Source: Calditrichia bacterium
GTDB taxonomy: Bacteria; Calditrichota; Calditrichia; JAJRVZ01
Reading direction: 5' to 3'
DNA length: 64,000 nucleotides
Assembly (NCBI GenBank): GCA_963796965.1
Contig: CAWCNS010000007.1
Span: forward strand, 672,001-736,000
The notes beneath the pieces were generated by a model. It searched no databases and was not told where the DNA came from. It saw nothing but the letters and a program-made list of their open reading frames with translations. How positions within the stretch are numbered: position 1 is the stretch's first letter; every line of letters begins with the position of its first letter. Shown one piece after another: positions 45,313-56,100 of the stretch. Both the position numbers and the translations under genes were made by a program.

Positions 45313-45867
45313 TCAATTCACAAACTGGAATGAATAGAGTTTACAATCACTCATAAGAAAGCGAAGTCGAACAGACTTTCCCGCTAGTTCACTTACACCA
45401 TCTTTATTTTTCCAGGTAACGGGCATTTTCACTGAATTGCCAACCAGCAATTCAGATTCGCTTTGTGTAAATCCTTTTATGGGTTTACCCGATTCATCCA
45501 AAATTTCGATCTGCAGTGATCCTCCACCCCCGGTATCGAGGTTTACATCCATTCTGCTGCTTCCAAATCGGATCAATCCGGTGGTGATTTCACCGCCGGG
45601 ATAATCAGCATCAGCAGAAACGAAACCATCCAGGCGTAATTTGGCCAAACTTATCCCAGTCATCGCCCCTGTCCGTCTTGGAGGGTTCATGGTAAGGGTT
45701 ACACTTTCGCTCGATTCGATAATCGAATCATCAAGAAATAACTGTTTTTGTGTTCCAATTTCCTTCACCTCTTTTATCGCATCACCCGAACAACCCGATA
45801 ATGCAGATAGTGTCAGCAAGAAAATAATAAAAAATCCTGTTATTTTATTTAAAATTATCATACACAT
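45313..45867 (-). pseudogene. Lipoprotein that appears to be an in-frame internal deletion of a beta-propeller hydrolase
   Basis: N-terminal motif KQLFLDD.II...LTMNPP is joined directly to the C-terminal motif GISLA.LRLDGFVS...VRLRF....KLYSFQF. Confidence 0.5.
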
Positions 45868-45958
45868 CCTTTCTTAAAAAGGTTTATGGATACCTGGACT
45901 AATATACGTATCCCTTAATAATGGTAAACGGGTGTTGTGAGGCATTAAATAGAGAGAA

Positions 45959-46852
45959 TTATTCTTTAATGTACTTTAATCCTTTTACTTTCACTTCATT
46001 TGTATAATCTAACAGGGTATTTAGTAATCCAGGATCTTGATAATCAGCAATTCTTCTGTTAATCCAATAGACTGACGTAGAATCAACGCTAGTACCATCT
46101 TCAGATATATCAAAATATTTAGTGGATGATTGCGAATTTATAATTCCATGCCGATCGATGACGAGATCAAAAATGGTTTCGAATCCGAACAGAATATGTT
46201 TTACTCTAACTTCATAGCCAAAATCCGAGCCATATTGATCTTCCCAAACTTTAGTTTCTTTAATATGGAATTCCCTAAAGACCTGGCTGTAGCCCCACGC
46301 ATCACCCTCATTGGCAGGACGATAGATGGATTTTGTGATATTTGGAATTAAATTTCGGGGATAAATGGGAAAATGGCCATATTTTTCAGTCGGCAAAGCG
46401 GTTGTATCAACATTCATCTCAATTTGTGGCTTTAAAAAATCGATTCCAGCATCCACAATTTCACTGCTTTGATAAAATACCCAATCGTTGGTCAGGGAGA
46501 TCAGGAGACGACCCGATTGGGGTGAATCGTACGAGAAAGGGTCCAGAGTTTCATAGGTACCAACCAGATAGGTTGTGTCCTTAGAAATGTAAGTTGAATC
46601 AAAGTAGAAGGATGATACACGGAGGTTGAGAAGGGAATCAGCATCATTCCTAACACTATAATGACCAATGGCGTATATTGCTTTTTTATATAATGGAAAT
46701 TTTATAGACGTGGAGAACGTTGATGCGGTTGGGTTATCGGTACATTTAGTTAAAACAAAAACAACTATTAATACAATTTTTATAATTATAATCTTCTGGA
46801 ATATAGACACTCCATGCTCCAAGTGATGTTTGAATATCCATTTGATTGGCAA
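45959..46852 (-). CDS. Hypothetical (probable lipoprotein)
   Basis: 297-aa ORF with a hydrophobic stretch ending LTKC-TDNPT. The start is uncertain. Confidence 0.55.
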   Translation of the reverse strand: MPIKWIFKHHLEHGVSIFQKIIIIKIVLIVVFVLTKCTDNPTASTFSTSIKFPLYKKAIYAIGHYSVRNDADSLLNLRVSSFYFDSTYISKDTTYLVGTYETLDPFSYDSPQSGRLLISLTNDWVFYQSSEIVDAGIDFLKPQIEMNVDTTALPTEKYGHFPIYPRNLIPNITKSIYRPANEGDAWGYSQVFREFHIKETKVWEDQYGSDFGYEVRVKHILFGFETIFDLVIDRHGIINSQSSTKYFDISEDGTSVDSTSVYWINRRIADYQDPGLLNTLLDYTNEVKVKGLKYIKE

Positions 46853-46891
46853 AAAATATAACCAAGACTTTATAAGTCTAAGACAAATGTA

Positions 46892-48214
46892 TCAATTCAG
46901 AATAATCTCATTAATTTCACCACCAGATTTAATGATATATAGTTTGCCTTCCTTATAACTTAACCTGTTGTGTAAAGCCCCTGGAATCTTGTAGATATTA
47001 AGAGTGTTCAGATCAGAAAGATTATCAAAGATATATAAATGGAGTTCTTCATCCAAATCTTTTGGTTTATACCTGACTAGTGTATAAACCTTTCCGCCCT
47101 CTTCGACAAGAATATCATAAAATCGAATTGAATCATATTCTCTGGGATCATATTGAAGATTCGGTTTGAGAGTGGTCAATTCTTTTGTCGAAAGAGAGTA
47201 CATCAATAGTTCCATCGCCGATATTGCATGGCTAATCAGGCTGTTACTGGACATATCCCAGGCTAAACTATAAACAGAGAAGCCGCTAGGGACGGGAAGA
47301 CTATCAGTGACTACAGCCTGGCTAATTGAATATTTACGAATCATCCAGGTTGTGGCCTGATCTCCTGAACTCCAAATCCCATCGTCATAGTCATAGACTA
47401 CCCGGGGATCACCCAGAAAGTAATGATTAAACACTCGTTTTTCTGCTTCTGAGATAGGATCATAAGAATAGATGCCTTTTATTGATTTGCCATACCAGTA
47501 TTTTCCATCAGCATAGGCAAAATTTGTCCGAAGTACGGTTGGAAGGTTTATATCACTAACGACTCTTAATTCTGCTCTTTTAAACTTATAAGTGAGTACA
47601 GTATCAACGATATATATATCACCAGCAGCCAACGTTAAATCTTTGAAGTGATAGGAGGCATAATTTTCATCCTCTACTGAAATGTATAGATCATATAATC
47701 CAGGAAATATTAAGTCTATTCTAAAATTACCCTGATTTGTAGTAATGGCGCTTTTATCAGTTCCTAATAGTTGAATAGAGACAAAACTATGATCAGTAGA
47801 ACCCTCAATTATGATTTTTCCCTGAATCGAGGCAAATAACTCGGCATATATGTCACCCCAATCGGGATCAGTACTTGAATAGATACCAATCGTATCCGAA
47901 ACTGATCGCGAGTCACTGCTCCCAACCACAATTAACCGGTACTCGTCTTTGTCAATATTTATAAAACTAAAGTTTCCGCCTGCATCAGTGTTTACCTGAT
48001 AGGCATTTTGATCGTTTACAATTTTTACTAATGTTCCTGAACTGCCAAGATTACTCGCTTTATCTACAATCCGGCCAATGACTGAATTCTTACTAGGAGA
48101 TTCCGGGTCACTATTTGTTGAAGCATCATGACAGCCAAATAAATAAAGCGAGATGAATAAGAGAACAGGAATGATTGTTTTCACTTTCATACTCTTATTC
48201 CTTATCATAATCAT
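46892..48214 (-). CDS. Lipoprotein with carboxypeptidase-regulatory-like Ig domains and a C-terminal propeller-like region
   Basis: Lipobox LFGC, with repeated G.I.....T...GNF....I..G.Y.L segments. Confidence 0.65.
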   Translation of the reverse strand: MIMIRNKSMKVKTIIPVLLFISLYLFGCHDASTNSDPESPSKNSVIGRIVDKASNLGSSGTLVKIVNDQNAYQVNTDAGGNFSFINIDKDEYRLIVVGSSDSRSVSDTIGIYSSTDPDWGDIYAELFASIQGKIIIEGSTDHSFVSIQLLGTDKSAITTNQGNFRIDLIFPGLYDLYISVEDENYASYHFKDLTLAAGDIYIVDTVLTYKFKRAELRVVSDINLPTVLRTNFAYADGKYWYGKSIKGIYSYDPISEAEKRVFNHYFLGDPRVVYDYDDGIWSSGDQATTWMIRKYSISQAVVTDSLPVPSGFSVYSLAWDMSSNSLISHAISAMELLMYSLSTKELTTLKPNLQYDPREYDSIRFYDILVEEGGKVYTLVRYKPKDLDEELHLYIFDNLSDLNTLNIYKIPGALHNRLSYKEGKLYIIKSGGEINEIILN

Positions 48215-48575
48215 TTTTTACAATCTGTAGAACAAATATATGACAGTCTGCTGTAGGTGATTGTGCCAATGATACAGACTATTATCGTAAGTTACGACCT
48301 TAGGAATATGCATTTCATATTTAGAAGACAAGATAACTGGATGCTTTTAAATTTGTCTATTACTCCGAAGGAATCCCTTTGGGTGAATTCGCATTGTATA
48401 TTAAATTAAAGGTTTTCTTCCGAAGGAGCCCTATGGACAAAATCCACACTCTAAAATCCAAAATATTAATTTAATATCTTGTGAATCCTGGCGACTTTTT
48501 AGTTCAAATAGTTATTAGATACGATCTAACGATACTGTCTTTCTCAGTTGAAGGGGGTTTCATGTGGATTGTATG

Positions 48576-49988
48576 TTAATGCTGTGCTTTATATTCGCTT
48601 TTGAGGTTATGTAGTGTCGTTTTGAGTTCCTCAATAAGTTCTCTGTTTTCCGGAAAGTTGTACATATTAAATAGTTCGTCCGGATCGATTTCCAGATCAT
48701 AGAGTTCCCACCCCATATCGCCGTACTGAAAATGGATGAGTTTATAACGTTGGGTTCTTATACCCTCATGGGGTCCAATACCATACCCTTCCTCAAAGAA
48801 CTGGTAATACATGGCTTTACGCCATTCTTTCGGGACAGAACCATCCAGCAGAGGTCTGAAACTCTGTCCTTGCATATCTTGTGGAATGGTTATACCAGCA
48901 TAATCCAAAATGGTTGGGGCAAAATCCAAGTTCAATACAATACCATCCGTGGTACTAGCAGATTTGATCTCTTTTGGATATTTAAGCAGAAGAGGCATAC
49001 GTAGAGACTGCTCGTACATAAACCGTTTATCATAGAGGCCATGGTCACCCAGAAAGAATCCCTGATCAGAAGTATAAATAACAAGTGTATTTTTGCTCAT
49101 CCCCGAACCGTCAAGATAATCAAGAACACGACCCACATTATCATCCACAGAAGCGATACAGCGCAGATAATTTTTCATATACTTCTGGTAAACCCATTCC
49201 CTGGTTTCCTGCTCCGACATACCCTCAGGAATTTGTCCAAAACGCTGAAAATGCAGTTCCCATTGTTTTGGCCCTACCTTTAATCGATGTGTATTGATTT
49301 GGGCAGTTCGCGTCTGATAATCATCATTAAAAGTATCGGGAAGGGGTATATCTTTATCTGTATACATGGTTAAATGTTTATCATCAGGCTCCCAGTTAGC
49401 ATGTGGCGCTTTATGATGTAACATTAAAAAGAAGGGTTTTTTAGAGGATTCTTGTTTTTTAAGCCATGTAAGTGCATCATCAGTGATTAGATCGGTTACA
49501 TAACCCTTTAAATCCTGATGAACGCCGTTTTTGATCATCACCGGATCATGATAAAGACCCTGTCCGGGCAAAACATTGCTGTAATCAAATCCTGTCGGTT
49601 CACTCTGGAGGTGCCATTTACCTATAATAGCCGTTTTATAACCCGCTTGTTGCAGAAGTTTTGGTAATGTCTGTTGCGTGCCGTCAAATCGGGTCCGGTT
49701 ATCAAGATGCCCATTGAGATGACTGTATTTTCCAGTTAAGATGACGGCCCTGCTTGGTGCACAAATACTGTTCGTACAAAAACAATTATCAAAACGCATG
49801 CCTTCGTTTGCAAGACGGTCAATATTTGGGGTTGAATTTATTTTACTCCCATAGGCACTTATGGCATGAGAAGCGTGATCATCACTCATAATAAAAAGGA
49901 TGTTGGGACGTTCGCTTGAAGAGGTGCAAGCACTAAATAAAAGGAGTGCAACAACATATACGACCTGCATAACATTCATATTTCTCAT
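48576..49988 (-). CDS. Formylglycine-dependent sulfatase (S1)
   Basis: PNILFIMSDDH, CAPSRA.ILTG, GKWHL, SDQG and DKR.MYE. Confidence 0.93.
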   Translation of the reverse strand: MRNMNVMQVVYVVALLLFSACTSSSERPNILFIMSDDHASHAISAYGSKINSTPNIDRLANEGMRFDNCFCTNSICAPSRAVILTGKYSHLNGHLDNRTRFDGTQQTLPKLLQQAGYKTAIIGKWHLQSEPTGFDYSNVLPGQGLYHDPVMIKNGVHQDLKGYVTDLITDDALTWLKKQESSKKPFFLMLHHKAPHANWEPDDKHLTMYTDKDIPLPDTFNDDYQTRTAQINTHRLKVGPKQWELHFQRFGQIPEGMSEQETREWVYQKYMKNYLRCIASVDDNVGRVLDYLDGSGMSKNTLVIYTSDQGFFLGDHGLYDKRFMYEQSLRMPLLLKYPKEIKSASTTDGIVLNLDFAPTILDYAGITIPQDMQGQSFRPLLDGSVPKEWRKAMYYQFFEEGYGIGPHEGIRTQRYKLIHFQYGDMGWELYDLEIDPDELFNMYNFPENRELIEELKTTLHNLKSEYKAQH

Positions 49989-50162
49989 AGCAACAACCTT
50001 TAAAAGAAAGTCCTATTCTAAAAAATAAGCACAGAATCACATGGATTGACACGACTGTAATAATCTTTAAATCTAATGTATAACCAATAGATATAAGTTA
50101 AATTAATTGAACACTTATGGAATAATGAATCCGTGGAAATTTTGTCTATACGCGGGTGTGCA

Positions 50163-51239
50163 TTATTCCGCATTGTTGATCATATCTTTAACAGGGAGAG
50201 TCACTGGCAAATCAAGCCATGCTAAGCCTATGTTTCTTCTCATGTGGCTGGTACTGTTGCTGCCCGGTGCATCGTAAAACAAAGCCAGTCGTTCGCCAAA
50301 AGGGACAACGGAGGGCAAACCAATGCACTTTTGTGACCATGTGCAATTCTGGCCGTCTAAAACAACAGCCTTGTTCTCCGAATCCCATTTGTTCAGGTCT
50401 TTGCTCCAATATACCCAAATAGCATCCGTATATTCATCACTTTCTATGCCAATATGGTTGGTAAAAAGGAACCATGTCTTGATGCTCTTTTCATAGTACA
50501 GACTGGCATTCTCGATTTGCTCTTCGATTGGTACGAGCGGCTGTGAATCAATAACCCAGGAACCATTCAGATCTTTTGTTCGCACAATACCTAATGTTCG
50601 CTGGACACATGGATTCCCTTCTATTCGTGTGGTTGCGCTGAAAAATTGGATAAACTCATCCCCATTTCTAATCACATGGCCAGGGCTGGCTGTAATAGAA
50701 TAGTAGGTATTTGGTTTTGTTCGGAACGGAATGACATCCTTTTGTTTAATCCATGGTCCTGAGGGACTCTTTCCTTTCGCTTTCATGGTGAGGTATGGGA
50801 ATCCAGGAATCCGATTTGGTGGTTCTGTAGTATTGGGCGTTCCCATATAAAACATATGCCATGCTTTACCGTCATTATAAGTAACACCATAAGAGGCAGA
50901 TTTCGAATCGTCTTCACCGGGGGCCCCTAAATTGAGGATCGGTCCTTTTTTCTCCCAGGTAACCAGGTCTTTACTTACAGCAAGAGCGGAGAGCCATGCT
51001 TGAGGACCTGCCGCATCATAATGCATATAGAAGGTACCTTCAGATTCAAACACCCAGACATCACGGGCACCATAAATGTCACATTGGTTGGGTCCGTCAC
51101 CATAACGAAGTACGATGCCATGATCCTTCGCTTCCATCCTCAGAACAACTTCCGGTCTTCCGTCAATATATTTCTGTGCTGGAGCAAACCCAATAAATGT
51201 AACTAAGATGGGTATAACCATTAAATAACTTAGGCTCAT
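50163..51239 (-). CDS. Secreted five-bladed beta-propeller glycoside hydrolase (GH43/32/130-like)
   Basis: Signal peptide, repeated S.DL..W motifs, ASPGHV and IENAS. Confidence 0.65.
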   Translation of the reverse strand: MSLSYLMVIPILVTFIGFAPAQKYIDGRPEVVLRMEAKDHGIVLRYGDGPNQCDIYGARDVWVFESEGTFYMHYDAAGPQAWLSALAVSKDLVTWEKKGPILNLGAPGEDDSKSASYGVTYNDGKAWHMFYMGTPNTTEPPNRIPGFPYLTMKAKGKSPSGPWIKQKDVIPFRTKPNTYYSITASPGHVIRNGDEFIQFFSATTRIEGNPCVQRTLGIVRTKDLNGSWVIDSQPLVPIEEQIENASLYYEKSIKTWFLFTNHIGIESDEYTDAIWVYWSKDLNKWDSENKAVVLDGQNCTWSQKCIGLPSVVPFGERLALFYDAPGSNSTSHMRRNIGLAWLDLPVTLPVKDMINNAE

Positions 51240-51312
51240 CAGGCCTCCTGACCATAGCAGATATTTGAGCGAATAAATGAGTTATTGCGTTTTAATTTAG
51301 TTCAGCAATATG

Positions 51313-51637
51313 CTATTTAACTTCTTCCAATTGGCCAAGTTTTTTCAGATCAATTTTTATACCACCTAATTTAACCGACAATAAATTATAACAGAGAACA
51401 ATGAGCACATTGATTAAGGTACCAAAAACCGCATAAAATACAGGGATAATGATTAAAAAGATGCCACTGAAGAAGGACAACATTCCCATTTCCTCTCCTC
51501 CAAGATCGGGAATTGAATCACCAATAAATGAAAACAATAATCCAAATGGCAGAGTGTAACAGGAGCCCCATTATTAAAAACATTAAAAAGGAATAAAGAG
51601 CTACGGTTGGAAGATCAATTTTCTTTACTTGATACAT
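51313..51637 (-). CDS. Small membrane protein (DUF3566-like), frameshift near 51555
   Basis: MYQVKKID..TVA at 51637 and C-terminal YNLLS..LGGIKI.L. Confidence 0.6.
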
Positions 51638-51726
51638 TGGGTTACCTCATAATTTAAGTATTATTATCTATTAGGGGGCCACATCTGGTCTAATACACCT
51701 GACTCATTCTATTCGGTTAACATCCT

Positions 51727-52923
51727 TCATCGCCTCTTTTTGGCTCTAATATAAATCACAATTCCAATTAACAGAACAATGATAAGGATAGTGCCAAATG
51801 AGTATACACCGATGCGAAGGAAAAAATTTTCTGACGAATCAGGCTCTGATGACTCCTGGGTTCGGAATTGATCCCCTGCTATAGTAGGCGCTACGGAAAC
51901 AGCAGGATTAAACTTAATCACCCCTTCCCGATATGCCGATAAGGGGCTATTTGAATTCATGCCCTTTTGTACAGCTGGCGTCATGGATAATATTTGTCGC
52001 ATCTCTGATTTTATGAGCGGATTTTCAACATCAAAGCCAAGAATATGAATTAACTTTTCCTGAATTTTCCTCTCCCATCTCAGAGGTATCATTTTACCGA
52101 GCATCACGGAGCGATCTAACCCACATTCACAATCTGCACCGATAATAGCGAGCAGACTGAAGATATTCTCTCTGGTTATTTCTGTGCCCCGGAGAACCGG
52201 CCCGATACGTCTTCCTCTGCTGTAAATAATAGCAATTTGTGGTTCATCCATTACTTCTGTACTAACACCAAGACTCCAGAGCAGAACGGACTCACTGGGA
52301 GATGCTTCTTTTGTAATAGCCAACATTTGGGGAGGTTCTTTCACGGGTTTCGGCATAAGTTTCATTACTTCCAGAATATCTGTAATCGCACCCTTTATGG
52401 CCTGTTTTGCCTCTCGGTTTTTCTCAACATTTATCCCTTCAATCAAGAGAACGCTGCCATAGGTCTCCGAAACCTGATCGACTATCTTATCCCGAAATGG
52501 TGATGAGATTACCTTCTCTATTAATCGCCATAAAGATTCGTTCATATTTTCTTGGTCGTAAGAGAAGGGTATCATAAGCGAATTACCCTCCGGATCTACA
52601 AGAACTGCAGCAGGTATAGAAATATCTTTTTGGGTCCGCAAATACTTCATTGCCGCATGGTCTTTTTGTCGATCTATATGAATGATCTCAGTCTGAACGT
52701 TTGCATCAAGAAAGGCAGCAAAAGCAAGACGTTCGATTGTTGTAACCTTTTCCGAGGAAATTTTATCATCTACATACAGACATAGCTGGTAGGCATTTGA
52801 TCCCAAATCGGTAAATCCAATATCCCGAACGGTATATTTGCAGGCCATTGCAGATGTATATAAAACCAGACTTGAAAGGAGAATACTAATAATCACGTAT
52901 ATTTTTCGAGTTAATATTTTCAT
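51727..52923 (-). CDS. Hypothetical exported protein with C-terminal membrane anchor
   Basis: Signal peptide, CKYTVRD.GF, CECG, then a C-terminal TM helix and RAKKRR. Confidence 0.7.
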   Translation of the reverse strand: MKILTRKIYVIISILLSSLVLYTSAMACKYTVRDIGFTDLGSNAYQLCLYVDDKISSEKVTTIERLAFAAFLDANVQTEIIHIDRQKDHAAMKYLRTQKDISIPAAVLVDPEGNSLMIPFSYDQENMNESLWRLIEKVISSPFRDKIVDQVSETYGSVLLIEGINVEKNREAKQAIKGAITDILEVMKLMPKPVKEPPQMLAITKEASPSESVLLWSLGVSTEVMDEPQIAIIYSRGRRIGPVLRGTEITRENIFSLLAIIGADCECGLDRSVMLGKMIPLRWERKIQEKLIHILGFDVENPLIKSEMRQILSMTPAVQKGMNSNSPLSAYREGVIKFNPAVSVAPTIAGDQFRTQESSEPDSSENFFLRIGVYSFGTILIIVLLIGIVIYIRAKKRR

Positions 52924-53067
52924 AAATAATTCCTGACAGGTATCCCATTCCTAATTACCAATTGCATATTACGAATTGATGATTCCGATAATTTCATTTT
53001 CCTTTTTGTTGGTTATCTTATGCGCTGGATGTTGAACATTATATATTACAGACCTCAAGAGAAAAAC

Positions 53068-53118
53068 CTCCCCCTTAAATCCCCCTCCTTACTAAGGAGG
53101 GGGAACTAGGGGGAGGTA
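53068..53118. repeat. Family B palindromic repeat
   Basis: ACCTCCCCCT..A.TCCCCCTCCTT-ACT-AAGGAGGGGGAACTAGGGGGAGGT. Confidence 0.65.
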
Positions 53119-53128
53119 ATTTATTAGA

Positions 53129-56100
53129 TCAAGGCGCATAATACACATTTTCCGCTGAAATTTCCTTTTTCTTAAAGTCAGCGCTCTCCCAGCTTACCTT
53201 TAAGGCTTGTCCCCCACCCATTTGAAAATATTTAACAGCGATTGGATAGTACCCACGGCGCAGGGCTATATTTCCTAATTCTTCTTTGGCGCCATGTCCA
53301 CCGTCATTATTGATGAGTTCTTTATTGTTGATATATAATTTGCTACCATCATTTGATTCAATATAAAACGTATAGATACCGTTTTCAGGAACCGATAAAT
53401 AACCACTAAAGATATAACCATATTCACTGACACCTTCAGGCTGCTGAAGTTTAAATTCTTTAACAACGCCGGAACTTTTTACTTTGGCAATATCCAGACC
53501 GGCAACAGATGTAAAATTTCCCTCAAAAAAATCATACCTGATGCCCGGAGATAGATTTTCAGGCGTGGCAGAGGTGTTTTCAAAATCCACACCCAATGAT
53601 ACTAAATTTTCGAGAATTTCGTCCTTTAAGTCAAACCCATTGGCAACCTCGGCGGCATTTGCCAGCATGATTTTAGCCTTTTTTGGATTTGAGGGAGCTA
53701 AATTATTGGCGATGGCCACATAAACAGATATAGCCTCGTCGATAAAGGCTGGATCGGGTTCTTTATAATCCCAGTAGATCGGAGAAGTCTGTCTGACTGT
53801 ATTTTCTATTACCGGGAGAGATTCTGGGCTTCCAATGGCTGCCATACCTTTCAATGCTTTTTCTTTAGTTTTGGTCGACGGAGATTGTTTAAAAACCCTA
53901 TGATAGAGATCTAATGCTGTTTCATTATCCCCTGCAAGACGTTCCTTATCTCCTTTTTTTAGTAAACCATTAAAATTAGTTCCGGATAGAACAAAACCTT
54001 TATCTTCTATTTTAAATACTACTTCATCTTCTTCCCGAACTATTTCAACAAAATTAATCACCGGTGCTTCATCCATTTTCGGTGCAGTTTTATCTGAAAC
54101 CAGCTCAAGCATAAGATCATTTTCAACCTCAATGCCTTTAAATTCTTTAATGACCACTTCTTTATCTGAACTCGTTTCATCCATTGGATCAAAATTTTCA
54201 AGAACGGTTTTATTTTGAAGTTTAATATCAAAAATATGATCACCAGAATTAACATAAAATCCAACACGCACCGTATAAACGCTGGATTTCACACTCCAGG
54301 CCTCATCAATTAAGGGGATTTTGCAACTGGAAAGGCCGAGACATCCAGATGTATATAACCAGGGTTTATCTGTTCCCTTTACTTCTAAGCCCCTGGTATC
54401 ATATGAAAAATAACCCATATTCGGGGTAACCTTCTCTTTAAGATCAAATCGAATGCCATAGCCGGTGATCGGTCGCGGATAGCCGAACCATAATTCACCC
54501 TTATCATCTTTTTTATCCCCAGGTGCGCCAAAATTAATTCCCAATCGTTTAACTGGTGTTATTGGGCCCTGATTGACAAAGACACTCCAATCCGCAGTTT
54601 CTTTTTTCTCCGCTGGTTTTAGAACAACTGTGGTTCTCAACGGAAAAGAGCAGGTACATCCGGCACTGGCCTCCGGAAAGAGTAACAGACCATTGGCAGG
54701 GATCATATTTATCCAGCATCCCGGGCGGATTGCTCCAAAATAGGTTATTCCCCTATCCCCTGCGAGATCGTAGAATGCGGCATTATAGGAGCGGTAAAAA
54801 AGACAGCTGGAAGTAGCAGATGTAACGGCACAGGTATGTCCGGGCCGGAAATATTCCCAGGGAACTGTTTGACCAGTGACAGGATGAACGCGAGTTTTAA
54901 TTTCTCCTGTCCGCAGATCACAAGCCCTAGGTTCCACAATAACTGTTTCATTTACAATGACCGGGCGAACCATATAATTTAAGGGTCTTGACCAGAGCAT
55001 CTTACCATTTTCTGAGGACAAAGCCGTAATCCTGTGCCATCTTAATTCTTCTGCTTCAAAACGCCATTTATCATGCAAACCAAAACTACCAAAGAACAAG
55101 AGTGTATTGTTCTTATAGGCTGAAGCAACTGCATCCCCGCCGCATCCGGAAAGATCGATCGGCCTCTGCCATTTTATATTTCCTGTCCGTGCATTCAAAA
55201 CCGTTACGAGCCGGACATCGATATCTTTAGTTTTGAGCGGTTTGGTATATTTTTTCCAGACAGCCTTTTTCGCATAGTTCTTTCTTTCCGCTACACCCTG
55301 CGATTTTTGTGCTGGTGTGACAGAATTATCAGCAAAATAGAGATTTCCATCTCCCATGGATATAGCAATATGGGCAATTTTCTTTCCACGGTAGAGCCAA
55401 TTGGTTTTTCCCGAGGTAATATCCATGGCAAAGATGGCATCACTGAACATGATCTTCTCCGTTGCCGCTTCCTGGGTAACAATGCCCCCATTCCAGGCTG
55501 GATAATCGGCTATAAAACGCCACTTTGTTCCCGATCTTTGAAACTCGTAATCTGCTTCTTCCATGGTGGCATATTGTGAAGCAAGAAAAGCATCTTGATC
55601 AGTTTGATCATTGTTCTCTGCAAAATTTGAAGACTTCAGAATATGGTTATACGCTTCATCGAAAGGTTTAGCGGCCGAACCGTAAAGTGTTTCTCCTGAA
55701 CAAGCAATATATCCCCAGCGACGTGGCTTTCCATCTTTTGATGTCGGTATTTTATAGGTCTGTAAAGTCTGGCCGGTTTCTGCATCCAAAAGGAGACAGT
55801 TTTCCCCCGTTGCAACAAAAATACCATGGTCAGAAAGGGCCAAATTACTCCCATCAACATCGACACGTACCCGGTTGGCGCCCTGAATCTCACGCTCCCA
55901 AAGTTTCAGACCATTATAAGAATCATAGGCCATGACTACATCTTCACCCTGAACAAAGAGACGGCCATTTTTTGCTAAGGGTGCAGCGGCACGGGCATGT
56001 CTTTCGACCATTTTTTCGGGTCCCGGCTCACCAAACCACAGGACACCAAAGGGGTAGTTTACTAATTCATCATCTGAGCAGATAGTATTTGCCGGATTGG

